From the NCBI GenBank assembly GCA_003220345.1, contig QHSC01000099.1, positions 1,601 through 65,600 of the forward strand: DNA of 64,000 nucleotides. Direction: 5' to 3'. Below the pieces are notes generated by a model. That model ran no database searches, had not been told where the DNA came from, and worked only from the letters and a program-made list of their open reading frames with translations. The DNA comes from Candidatus Rokuibacteriota bacterium (GTDB lineage: Bacteria; Methylomirabilota; Methylomirabilia; Rokubacteriales; CSP1-6). Positions 10,617 through 19,514 of the stretch are shown in pieces (within the stretch, counting starts at the first letter, position 1; the number at the start of each line of letters is the position of its first letter). The position numbers and the translations under genes were made by a program.

Positions 10617-11651
10617 CTATCGCGGTCCGCGCACGGCGCGAGCGGCTCCGCCCGGACGCCGCGGCACGAGAAGACCGCGCGCTCGGCGCTCGCGGACAGC
10701 ACGCTTCAGCTGGCCCCAGGCCACCCCCGCCGCGTAGACGCAGTCGAGCATCTCGTAAAAGGCGCCGGGCCGCCGGGCAAGCGTGCGGGCGCTCGAATGA
10801 GCGGTCATGCGCGCCATGGAGCGAATCCGCCAGCGCGGAATGCCGAGAATGCGAGGGCCGCCGGGCGGCTCCGCCGCCGCACGCGCCTCGCCTTCGCCCA
10901 TGTCCCACATCACGCGGCGGAAGTACGCGCGCCGCATTCGGGCCCTCGGGATGCGGTGGAAGACGGCCAGCCCGGGATCGTAGGCGACGGCGCGGCCGGA
11001 TTGAAGCACGCGGCGCACCATATCCACGTCCTCGTTGCAGAACCGCCTGCCGCCTACCGGCCCGAGGTTGACGTCGAATCCTCCCAGCGCCTGGAGGGCC
11101 GCGCGTCGGTACACCATGTTCGCTCCCCAGACCTGAGGATACTTCCCCGCGGGGACGGGCATCATGGCCGGCCTGTCATGTTCCATGATGGCCAGGTAGT
11201 CGAGCAGTCTCGGACTCTCGAGAAGCCACGATGGAGGCTCGGCCTCCCACCTGGGCCGGATACGCCCCCCCGCGCCGTCAACGCCCCATTTGTCCAGCAC
11301 GCCGGCGGCCGCCGCGACCCAGTCGACCGCGGGCGACACGTCGTCGTCCGTCAGCGCGATCACCGCGCCGCGCGCGACGGCGATGCCGGCATTGAGGGCC
11401 CGGCTCTTGCCGAGCCGCGGCTCGAACACGTAGCGGAGGCGGCCTTCCGCCCGCATGGCCATGGTCCGGAAGACTTCGAGGGTGTCGTCGGTAGAGCCAT
11501 TGTCCGCGACGAGGATTTCCCAACCCAGACCCGCCGGAGTCTGCTGCGCGAGCAGGGCCTCGAGCGTCTTGCGGAGTCGGGAGGCGCGGTTGTGCGTGGC
11601 GATGAGCACGGTGACCGCGAGGGAGCGCTCCGAAGCGGGGCCGGCCTTCAT
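10617..11651 (-). CDS. Glycosyltransferase family 2
   Basis: Internal ATG 11651 (MKAGPASERSLAVTVLIATHNRASRL) overlaps the upstream gene's stop (ATGA). GT-A signature and DxD (LTDDDV). Confidence 0.8.
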   Translation of the reverse strand: MKAGPASERSLAVTVLIATHNRASRLRKTLEALLAQQTPAGLGWEILVADNGSTDDTLEVFRTMAMRAEGRLRYVFEPRLGKSRALNAGIAVARGAVIALTDDDVSPAVDWVAAAAGVLDKWGVDGAGGRIRPRWEAEPPSWLLESPRLLDYLAIMEHDRPAMMPVPAGKYPQVWGANMVYRRAALQALGGFDVNLGPVGGRRFCNEDVDMVRRVLQSGRAVAYDPGLAVFHRIPRARMRRAYFRRVMWDMGEGEARAAAEPPGGPRILGIPRWRIRSMARMTAHSSARTLARRPGAFYEMLDCVYAAGVAWGQLKRAVRERRARGLLVPRRPGGAARAVRGPR

Positions 11652-12733
11652 GGCTTCGGGGTCGGGAATTTCGGCCCGGGCGCGGTCCGCTCGTACTCCC
11701 GGAGCTCCGGCCGGCGCCGGAGATCTGCCCGGACCACTCGGCGATGGAGAGCCTCGACGACGAGGTTCGCCGCGCGATTGCCACGGCGCCAACCCAGGAT
11801 CTTCATCATCTTCTCCGCGACCCACTCCGTGGCGAGCTCACGATGATGGGTGAGCCATCGGTAGTGGTCCCCGATCCACCAGTCGTCGGCGGGGAGATCC
11901 CACCGCTCCCGGAGGCAGCGGAGGCTGATCCGGTTCCACGCGTCGCTCCAGCGGAGGAGGTAGAAGGGCAGACCTGACCAGAGGAACGGCGGGGGCTGCT
12001 GGTTCGCCACGATGGCGGACGGCTCCAGGTAGACCGGGTACCCTGCGTCCCGCAGCTGCAGGCAGAGGTCCAGGCTCTCTCCGCAGCTCAGGTACCGCGG
12101 ATCTTGCAGGCCGAACTTGTCGAAGGTCTCGGTGCGGAGCAGCTTGCAGTGGAACTCGACCAGCTCCGTGGGGGCGCGACGCAGCTGCCCCTGCACCTCG
12201 GACATCAGGCGCCGCGGAAACCTGTGCTCCTCGAAGAACGACCGGCGCCCGTTCGCCTCGAGGATGTGCGCCTCCCCGCCCGCCATGTGGATGAGCCCGC
12301 GCGCGGGCTCCTCGTTGCAATAGAGCGGCCCCACCGCCCACGCGCCGGTCTCATCGGCGCACTGGACGAGGCGGTCGAGCCACCCCCGCGTGACGAGCAC
12401 GTCGTTGTCGATGAAGCACACGTACTCCGTGTCCACGTGAGACAGCGCGAGGGCGCGGGCCTCCATGGGAGAGAGGTAGTGCTCGGCACGGATGAGCGTG
12501 AAGCCACGTTGCCGAGCCTGGAGCTTGAGATACTGACGGACGGGCGCCGGCGAGGCGCCATCGACGTAGACGAGCTTATGCGGCAGCCCGGTATGGGCGA
12601 AGATGCTCTCGAGCGCCGGTCGTGTCACGCGGAACTGCTCGCGCGGCGCCACGACCACGGTCGTCCGGATCTCGGTCACGACTCTCTCCGATGGCTCGCG
12701 ATGTCCGCCGCTGTCCAGGCGACGGCGTGACAT
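11648..12733 (-). CDS. Glycosyltransferase family 2-like (GT-A fold)
   Basis: 361 aa with VYVDGASP and FIDNDVLV (DxD) motifs. Translationally coupled to the downstream GT2. Confidence 0.7.
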   Translation of the reverse strand: MSRRRLDSGGHREPSERVVTEIRTTVVVAPREQFRVTRPALESIFAHTGLPHKLVYVDGASPAPVRQYLKLQARQRGFTLIRAEHYLSPMEARALALSHVDTEYVCFIDNDVLVTRGWLDRLVQCADETGAWAVGPLYCNEEPARGLIHMAGGEAHILEANGRRSFFEEHRFPRRLMSEVQGQLRRAPTELVEFHCKLLRTETFDKFGLQDPRYLSCGESLDLCLQLRDAGYPVYLEPSAIVANQQPPPFLWSGLPFYLLRWSDAWNRISLRCLRERWDLPADDWWIGDHYRWLTHHRELATEWVAEKMMKILGWRRGNRAANLVVEALHRRVVRADLRRRPELREYERTAPGPKFPTPKP

Positions 12734-12854
12734 GACGCGGCTGCACCGCTCGTGCCATCCAGAGGGCTCCAGGAAATTCGATAGTTGCGGGCCTGCTCAG
12801 CGCCGGGATCGCCCGGACTGTAAAGCGAGCCGTCAGTGTTGGATGCGCGGCGCC

Positions 12855-15230
12855 TCAGCGCGGGCGCCGCGCGGTCTGGATCGCTTGCCAGACGCGCTCG
12901 GGCGTCGCCGGCATCTCGATGTGCTCGACGCCCAGCTCGGCCAGCGCGTCGCAGATCGCGTTCATCACTGCGCCGAGCGCAGGCGTCGTCCCGCCCTCGC
13001 CCCCGCCGCGCAGCCCGAGGGGATGGGACGTCGACGGCACCTCGCTGATCTCCGTCGTGAAGGACGGCAGCATGTCCGCGCGCGGCAGCGCGTACTCCAT
13101 CAGCGTGGAGGACAGGAGCTGGCCGCTCTCCTCGTCGTACGCGCACGCTTCCCAGAGGGCCTGCCCCACGCCCTGGGCGATGCCGCCGTGCGTCTGGCCG
13201 TGCAGGATCATCGGATTGACGGCGCGCCCGCAGTCGTCCACGGTCGTGTAGCGCACGATCTCGACCACTCCTGTCTCGAGATCCACCTCCACCTCGCACA
13301 CCGCGGTGCCGTAAGGAAAGGACGGCGCGGGCATCGTCTCGTCGCTCAGACCGTCGAGCGGCCCCCGGCAGTTCTCGGGCGCATCGTGCCGGAGCGTCGC
13401 GGCCGCCACCTCGAACAGGTCGACCGAGCGGTCGGTACCCTTCACCGTGAACCGGCGCGCCGAGAAGTCCACGTCGGCCTCCGCGGCCTCCAGGAGCCAG
13501 GCGGCGATCCGACGGCCCTTCTCCACGATCTGATCCGACGCCTTCGCCATCACCACCGCGGCGAGTCGCAGGGCGCGAGCGGAATGCGCTCCGCCGCCGA
13601 CGACGGTGGCGTCGGTGTCGCCGGTGACCAGGCGCACCTGGGACAGCTCCACGCCGAGCCACTCCACGACGAGCTGCGCGAAGCTGGTCGCGTGCCCCTG
13701 GCCGGACGAGAGCGTGCCCAGCACCACGTCCACCGATCCCTCCGGCCGCACCGTGATGTGCGCGCGCTCCCGTGGGAAGCCCGTGTTCAGCTCGATGTAG
13801 CTCGCCACGCCGATCCCGCGATGGCGTCCGCGCCGGCGCGCCTCGGCGCGACGCGCCTCGAACCCCGCCCAGTCTGCGAGGACCACCGCCCGATCGAAGG
13901 CGGCCAGGTAGTCGCCGCTGTCGTAGAGCGTGCCGGCGGCGTTGCGGTACGGCATGGCGCTCGCCGGCACGAGGTTCTTCCGTCGCAGCTCGAGCCGATC
14001 GAAGCCGTGCCGACGCGCGGCGAGGTCGATCAGCCGCTCCGTGACGAACATGATCTCGGGGCGGCCCGCGCTCCGGTACGGCGTGGTCGGCGATGTGTTG
14101 GTGACCACGGCCCGACCGCGGATCGAGACGGCGGGAACACGGTAGACGGTGCCCGTGAGCGCCATGCCCTTGTTGAGCGGGTGGAACGAGACGGCATGCG
14201 CGCCGACGTTGCTGGTGTTCGCGGCGCGAAGCGCGAGGAAACGGCCCTGGGCGTCCAGCGCCAGCTCGGCCCGGACGGCGAGGTCGCGGCCGTGGTAATC
14301 GGCGAGGAACGCCTCCCGGCGCTCACTCGTCCACTTGACGGGGCGGCCCACACGCCGCGCCGCCCACGCCACCAGGGCAAACTCGGGATAGCAGCTGTTG
14401 CGCGTCCCAAAATTCCCGCCCACGTCGCCCGCCATCACGCGCACCGCGCTCTCGGGAACGCCGAGGGCTCCGGCCACCCCGGTCTGGGTGCGCCCGAGAC
14501 CGCCGGCCCCCGCATGGACGGTGTAGCGGCCACTCGCGGGATCCCAGACACCCACCGCCGCGCGGGGCTCCATCGGCACACCGGTGACGCGGTGCACCCA
14601 CGTCTCGAATCGCACGACATGGGCCGCCCGTCCGAACGCGGCGTCCACGGCCGCGGCATCGCCCCCCTCGGAATCCACGCAGACGTTGGACGACATGCCC
14701 TCATAGAGCACGGGGGCATCAGAGGCGGCGGCGGTGATGCTCGCCGTCACCGCGGGCAGCGGCCCCCAGTCGACGGTGATGCGCTCGGCACCATCGCGCG
14801 CGGCCGCAGGCGTCGCGGCGACGACCACGGCCACCACCTCGCCCATGAAGCGCACCCGGTCGGCGGGAATCGACGGGTGGGGAGCGATGAAGGACACGTC
14901 GCCGGGCCGAACCATCTCCTCGTGGGGATTCCCCGGCATCGGGCTGTGGGTGAGCGGCCTCATGCCGTCGGCGACGGCGTCCTCGCCGGTGAGCACCGCG
15001 ATCACCCCCGGCGTGGCGAGGGCCGCCGCGGTGTCGATGCGCCCGATGCGCGCGTGGGCGTGCGGGGAGCGCACGAAGCACGCGTAGGCCTGGCCGGGCA
15101 GGTTGACGTCGTCACTGTAGCAGCCCCCGCCCACGAGCAGGCGCGCGTCCTCCTGGCGCAGGACGGGCTTGCCGAATCCTTCGCGGGCTACACTGGTTCG
15201 CGACTGGAGGAAGGACACGCGGGTGGCCAC
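12855..15230 (-). CDS. Xanthine dehydrogenase / aerobic CO dehydrogenase large-subunit family molybdopterin-binding protein (CoxL-like)
   Basis: 791 aa. The N-terminal GKPVLRQEDARLLVGGGCYSDD and the overall sequence are typical of the XDH/CoxL family. The active-site loop reads PYRSAGR, which is not the form I AYxCSFR motif. Confidence 0.9.
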   Translation of the reverse strand: MATRVSFLQSRTSVAREGFGKPVLRQEDARLLVGGGCYSDDVNLPGQAYACFVRSPHAHARIGRIDTAAALATPGVIAVLTGEDAVADGMRPLTHSPMPGNPHEEMVRPGDVSFIAPHPSIPADRVRFMGEVVAVVVAATPAAARDGAERITVDWGPLPAVTASITAAASDAPVLYEGMSSNVCVDSEGGDAAAVDAAFGRAAHVVRFETWVHRVTGVPMEPRAAVGVWDPASGRYTVHAGAGGLGRTQTGVAGALGVPESAVRVMAGDVGGNFGTRNSCYPEFALVAWAARRVGRPVKWTSERREAFLADYHGRDLAVRAELALDAQGRFLALRAANTSNVGAHAVSFHPLNKGMALTGTVYRVPAVSIRGRAVVTNTSPTTPYRSAGRPEIMFVTERLIDLAARRHGFDRLELRRKNLVPASAMPYRNAAGTLYDSGDYLAAFDRAVVLADWAGFEARRAEARRRGRHRGIGVASYIELNTGFPRERAHITVRPEGSVDVVLGTLSSGQGHATSFAQLVVEWLGVELSQVRLVTGDTDATVVGGGAHSARALRLAAVVMAKASDQIVEKGRRIAAWLLEAAEADVDFSARRFTVKGTDRSVDLFEVAAATLRHDAPENCRGPLDGLSDETMPAPSFPYGTAVCEVEVDLETGVVEIVRYTTVDDCGRAVNPMILHGQTHGGIAQGVGQALWEACAYDEESGQLLSSTLMEYALPRADMLPSFTTEISEVPSTSHPLGLRGGGEGGTTPALGAVMNAICDALAELGVEHIEMPATPERVWQAIQTARRPR

Positions 15231-15506
15231 CTAGGACATGATCATGCGGCGCAGCCGGCAAGCCGGTATTCTCGGCCAGGAAAGGCGACGCCGGACGAAC
15301 TCGACGATTTGCTCAGCATATCTCTTGGTCGGCAGACCAGTATATGCGGAGAGGGACCGGTACGTCCGGGAGCACCCGGAGTTGATGGCGCGCCGGCGCG
15401 TGCCCACAGCCTCACCGAGTGGCTTGATCGTTGCCTCCATAACTGGCTAAATGCTACCGACGATGGGGGGCATCATACGCAGAGGGTCGGCGTTCATGAT
15501 GCGCGC

Positions 15507-18500
15507 ATGAAGTGCGCGGGGTGCGGGCAGCAAAGTCCTCCGGAAGCGCGATTCTGCGCGGGCTGTGGGGCGCGCCTCGTTCATGCGTGCTCGGCGTGCG
15601 GCGCGGAGCTTCCCGCCGACGCCCGGTTCTGTCCTCGGTGTGGAGAGGCTTCGCTCACGCGCCCGGCCGTCACCGCGGAGTTCGCGAGCCCGGCGACGTA
15701 CACCCCCAAGCATCTCGCCGAGCGCATCCTCACCTCCAAGGCCGCCCTCGAGGGCGAGCGCAAGCAGGTCACCGTTCTGTTCGTCGATGTCTCCGGCTTC
15801 ACCGCGCTCTCCGCGCGACTCGACCCCGAGGACGTGCACGTACTCATGACGCGCGCGTTCAAGCTCATGCTGGCCGAGGTCCATCGGTACGAAGGCACGG
15901 TGAATCAGTTCCTCGGCGACGGCATCATGGCGCTCTTCGGCGCGCCGATCGCTCACGAGGACCATGCGCAGCGGGCGGTGCGCGCCGCGCTCGGCATCCA
16001 GCGCGCCCTCGAGGACTATCGCCGTGAACTGGAGCGCGAGCGCGCCCTGACGTTCAAGGTGCGCCAGGGCCTCAATAGCGGGCTCGTCGTCGTCGGCAGC
16101 ATCGGGAGCGACCTCCGGATGGACTACACCGCGGTCGGAGACACCACCAACGTCGCCGCGCGCTTGCAGCAAGGCGCCGAGAGCGGACACATCGTGATCG
16201 GCGAAACCACCTACCGACTCGTCGCCGATTACTTCGACACCCGCCCGCTCGGTGAGCTGTCCGTGCGCGGCAAGGCGGAGCCCATCCGCGCGTGGACCGT
16301 CGAGGCAGCACGCGAAGGCCGGACGAGGCTCGAGGCCGGTGTCCAGCGCGGGCTCACGCCTCTCGTCGGACGCGGGCGAGAGCTCGAGGCCCTCGAGGCC
16401 GCCCTCGCCCGGACGCGCGCCGGGCACGGGCAGGTCGTGTTCGTCGTCGGCGAGCCGGGCATCGGGAAGTCGCGCCTGCTCTACGAGTTCCGCGGGCGCG
16501 CGGGCGACGCCGACTGGCGCGAAGGGCATTGCCTCTCCTTCGGTCGCGCCACGGCCTTTCACCCGCTCGTCGATCTTCTCAAGCGATGGGTGGGCATCGA
16601 CGAGCGCGACGCCGACGATGTCGCGGTGACCAAGGTGGAGCGTGCGACCGCGGCCATCGGCGACGACGTGGGGGCGGCGGCGCCCTACCTGCGCTATCTC
16701 CTCTCGCCCGGCGCGGCCGACGCCGCGATCACCGCGCTCGATCCGCGCGAGCGCCGCGGCGGCATCTTCGAGGCGCTCCGTAGAATGATCCTGCGTGCGG
16801 CCGAGCGGCGGCCGCAGATCGTGGTGATCGAAGATCTCCACTGGATCGATCGGGCGACCGAGGAGTTCCTGGCCGTGCTCTGCGACAGCGTGCCCGCGAG
16901 TCCGGTGCTCCTGATCCTCACCTACCGACCCGGCTACGCGCAACCCTTCGGGGAGCGCACGTACCACACGCGGATCGTCCCGGCCCCACTTTCGGAGCCC
17001 GACAGCGCGCACATGGCCGCCGCCATTCTCTCCAGTGACGCGTTACCCGACACGCTCCGGAGCGCCATTGCCGCCAAGGCCGAGGGCAACCCGTTCTATG
17101 TCGAGGAGGTCGTGCGCTCGCTGCGTGAGGCGGGGGCGATCCGCGTCGAGAACGGCCGCTTCGTGCTCACCGCCCGGCTCGACGATGTCGTCATCCCCGA
17201 CACGATCCACGACGTGATCATGGCGCGCATCGACCGGCTGGACGAGGCGCCGAAGCGGGCGCTGCAGACCGCCTCCGTCATCGGGCGCGACTTCACGCAG
17301 CGCCTCGTCGAGCGCCTGAGCGAGATCCGCGGCCGGAGCGACACGCTGCTGCGCGAGCTACGGGCCGTGGAGCTGATCTACGAGACGAGCGTGTTCCCCG
17401 AGGTCGCGTACCGCTTCAAGCACGCCCTCACCCAGGACGTCGCCTATCGCTCGTTGCTCGTACAGCGCCGTCGCGAACTGCACGGTCTGATCGGCGGCGC
17501 CATCGAAGAGCTCTACGCCGACCGGCTCACCGAGCACTACGAGATCCTCGCCCATCATTTCTCGCTCGCGGAAGACTGGCGACGCGCGTTCGACTACTTG
17601 CTGCGAGCCGGCGAGAAAGCGGCGGCGGCGTTCGCCTTGCGTGACGCGCTGGCATTGTACGATCAGGCGCTGACCGTCGCCGATCGACTCGGGGACGCCC
17701 TGCCCGCCGCCGCCCGCATGGCCATCCATCAGGCGAGATCGTCCCACGCGTTCTTCCTCGGCGACTTCAACCAGGGCCGGGCCGAGGGAGAGCGGTGGCT
17801 CGCGCTCGCCGAGCGCGCAGGCGATCGGGCGGCCGCCGCGTCGGCCCTGGCGTGGACGAGCTTCGCCACCATGTGGGCGCAAGACTTCGGCGCGGCCAGC
17901 GACTATGCGCGCCGCGCCATCGAAGTCGGCTACGCCGACCGGCTCACCGAGCACTACGAGATCCTCGCCCATCATTTCTCGCTCGCGGAAGACTGGCGAC
18001 GCGCGTTCGACTACTTGCTGCGAGCCGGCGAGAAAGCGGCGGCGGCGTTCGCCTTGCGTGACGCGCTGGCATTGTACGATCAGGCGCTGACCGTCGCCGA
18101 TCGACTCGGGGACGCCCTGCCCGCCGCCGCCCGCATGGCCATCCATCAGGCGAGATCGTCCCACGCGTTCTTCCTCGGCGACTTCAACCAGGGCCGGGCC
18201 GAGGGAGAGCGGTGGCTCGCGCTCGCCGAGCGCGCAGGCGATCGGGCGGCCGCCGCGTCGGCCCTGGCGTGGACGAGCTTCGCCACCATGTGGGCGCAAG
18301 ACTTCGGCGCGGCCAGCGACTATGCGCGCCGCGCCATCGAAGTCGGCGGCGCCGCTGACGTCCCCGCCGCGGTGGGGGGCGGCTACCTCACCATGGCCTA
18401 CGTGAATGCTCTGAGCGGCCGGCACGACAAGGCGGGCTCGGAGTTCGACGAGGCGCTCCGCGTCAGCCGCATCGCGCGCGATCCGGCGCGCGAGATCCTC

Positions 18501-19430
18501 ACCCTGCAGATGCGTGGCGTCTTCGACGGCTGGCACGGTGACTATGGGCGCGCGCACGCCGATGCCAACGAGGCGGTCCGCCTCGCGCGCGACCATGGCT
18601 TGCTTGTCCTCTACCTGCGCAGCCTGTGGACGCGCGGCCTGGTGTCGACGTCGATCGGCGACTGGGACGGCGCCCTGCGTGACCTCGAGGAAGGCATCGC
18701 GGTGGCCGAACGGATCGGCGACCGCGGCTTCATGCCCAGGATGATGAACACCCTCGGCTGGCTGCATATCGAATGTGACGACATCGAGCGTGGGATCGAT
18801 GTCACGGCGCGGGCGGCCGCGTTCGCCCGCGACATCCGCCACGCCTTCGGCGTCGAGATGTACACCTTCTGCACCGTCAACCTCGGCGACGCCTTCCTGG
18901 CCAAGGGTGATCTCGTGCTGGCCGGCGAGAAGTTCGACGAGGCGCGACGCATCGCGGAGGACCCGAAGACTCACGAGTGGATGAAGTGGCGCTACACGCT
19001 GCACCTCCACGCGAGCCTCGGCGAGTACTGGCTGGCGCGCGGCGACCATCGGCGGGCCGCCGAGTTCGCCGAGCGCTCGCTGGCGGGGTCGCGGCCGACT
19101 CGGTCGCTGAAGTACGTCGCGCGGGCGCTGCGGCTCCTCGGCGACGTCGCGCGCCGGGACCGACGATGGGACGACGCCGAGGGCGCTTTGCGGGAGTCGG
19201 TCGAAGTCGCCCGGGCGATCGCGCATCCCAACCAGACCTGGAAGACCGAGCTGGCCCTGGCGCGACTCCATGCCGCCAGGGGCAGGCGTGACGCGGCGGC
19301 CGAATCTCTCGCGGCGGCTCGTCGGACCATCGAGGGGCTCCGGGGCGGGGTGCATGATGCGCGTCTGCTCGCTGGCCTCACCGAGGGCCCGCTGATCCGC
19401 GGCGTCTTCGACGCCTCACCCTTCGACTGA
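15507..19430 (+). CDS. Multidomain signalling protein: double zinc ribbon - class III adenylate/guanylate cyclase - AAA/STAND ATPase - TPR-like repeats
   Basis: ATG 15507. Four CxxC pairs at the N-terminus. Cyclase motifs VLFVDVSGFT, FLGDGIMALFGAP and AVGDTTNVAARLQ. P-loop GEPGIGKSRL. Long helical-repeat C-terminus. The upstream part of the 2275-aa ORF is antisense shadow. Confidence 0.9.
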   Translation: MKCAGCGQQSPPEARFCAGCGARLVHACSACGAELPADARFCPRCGEASLTRPAVTAEFASPATYTPKHLAERILTSKAALEGERKQVTVLFVDVSGFTALSARLDPEDVHVLMTRAFKLMLAEVHRYEGTVNQFLGDGIMALFGAPIAHEDHAQRAVRAALGIQRALEDYRRELERERALTFKVRQGLNSGLVVVGSIGSDLRMDYTAVGDTTNVAARLQQGAESGHIVIGETTYRLVADYFDTRPLGELSVRGKAEPIRAWTVEAAREGRTRLEAGVQRGLTPLVGRGRELEALEAALARTRAGHGQVVFVVGEPGIGKSRLLYEFRGRAGDADWREGHCLSFGRATAFHPLVDLLKRWVGIDERDADDVAVTKVERATAAIGDDVGAAAPYLRYLLSPGAADAAITALDPRERRGGIFEALRRMILRAAERRPQIVVIEDLHWIDRATEEFLAVLCDSVPASPVLLILTYRPGYAQPFGERTYHTRIVPAPLSEPDSAHMAAAILSSDALPDTLRSAIAAKAEGNPFYVEEVVRSLREAGAIRVENGRFVLTARLDDVVIPDTIHDVIMARIDRLDEAPKRALQTASVIGRDFTQRLVERLSEIRGRSDTLLRELRAVELIYETSVFPEVAYRFKHALTQDVAYRSLLVQRRRELHGLIGGAIEELYADRLTEHYEILAHHFSLAEDWRRAFDYLLRAGEKAAAAFALRDALALYDQALTVADRLGDALPAAARMAIHQARSSHAFFLGDFNQGRAEGERWLALAERAGDRAAAASALAWTSFATMWAQDFGAASDYARRAIEVGYADRLTEHYEILAHHFSLAEDWRRAFDYLLRAGEKAAAAFALRDALALYDQALTVADRLGDALPAAARMAIHQARSSHAFFLGDFNQGRAEGERWLALAERAGDRAAAASALAWTSFATMWAQDFGAASDYARRAIEVGGAADVPAAVGGGYLTMAYVNALSGRHDKAGSEFDEALRVSRIARDPAREILTLQMRGVFDGWHGDYGRAHADANEAVRLARDHGLLVLYLRSLWTRGLVSTSIGDWDGALRDLEEGIAVAERIGDRGFMPRMMNTLGWLHIECDDIERGIDVTARAAAFARDIRHAFGVEMYTFCTVNLGDAFLAKGDLVLAGEKFDEARRIAEDPKTHEWMKWRYTLHLHASLGEYWLARGDHRRAAEFAERSLAGSRPTRSLKYVARALRLLGDVARRDRRWDDAEGALRESVEVARAIAHPNQTWKTELALARLHAARGRRDAAAESLAAARRTIEGLRGGVHDARLLAGLTEGPLIRGVFDASPFD
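17514..18347 (+). repeat. Perfect direct tandem duplication, 2 x 417 bp (139 codons), in frame inside the cyclase/STAND/TPR gene
   Basis: 17514..17930 and 17931..18347 read identically base for base by eye. The protein segment YADRLTEHYEILAHHF...DYARRAIEVG occurs twice consecutively. Confidence 0.9.
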
Positions 19431-19514
19431 GGAATGGCCCGGCCCGTTCTGCGACCTTATGGTCGGCGCCATCGCTTATACTCCTGAGGCACACTCGACG
19501 AAAGGAGCCCGTGC

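Noticed and set aside
15231-15440. 69-aa minus-strand ORF whose TAG abuts the CoxL-like GTG start
   Set aside because: The tight juxtaposition is suggestive of a coupled upstream ORF. However, it has no Shine-Dalgarno sequence, lower GC3 than neighbouring genes, a mirror ORF on the other strand and no recognisable motif. Evidence is insufficient to call it.
12603-15506. The first ~968 codons of the 2275-aa plus-strand ORF
   Set aside because: This part lies exactly antisense to the well-supported CoxL-like gene and is Arg/Gly/His/Ala-rich low-complexity sequence, typical of shadow frames in GC-rich DNA. Recognisable protein sequence (zinc ribbon, cyclase) starts only at ATG 15507.
17497-17508. 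12-bp match (GCGCCATCGAAG) upstream of copy 1, identical to the end of the 417-bp unit, as the microhomology that mediated the duplication
   Set aside because: A crossover at this microhomology would place AGCTC at the copy1/copy2 junction. The observed junction carries TCGGC, so the match does not explain the breakpoint. It may reflect older internal repeat similarity (AIEE versus AIEV) or chance.
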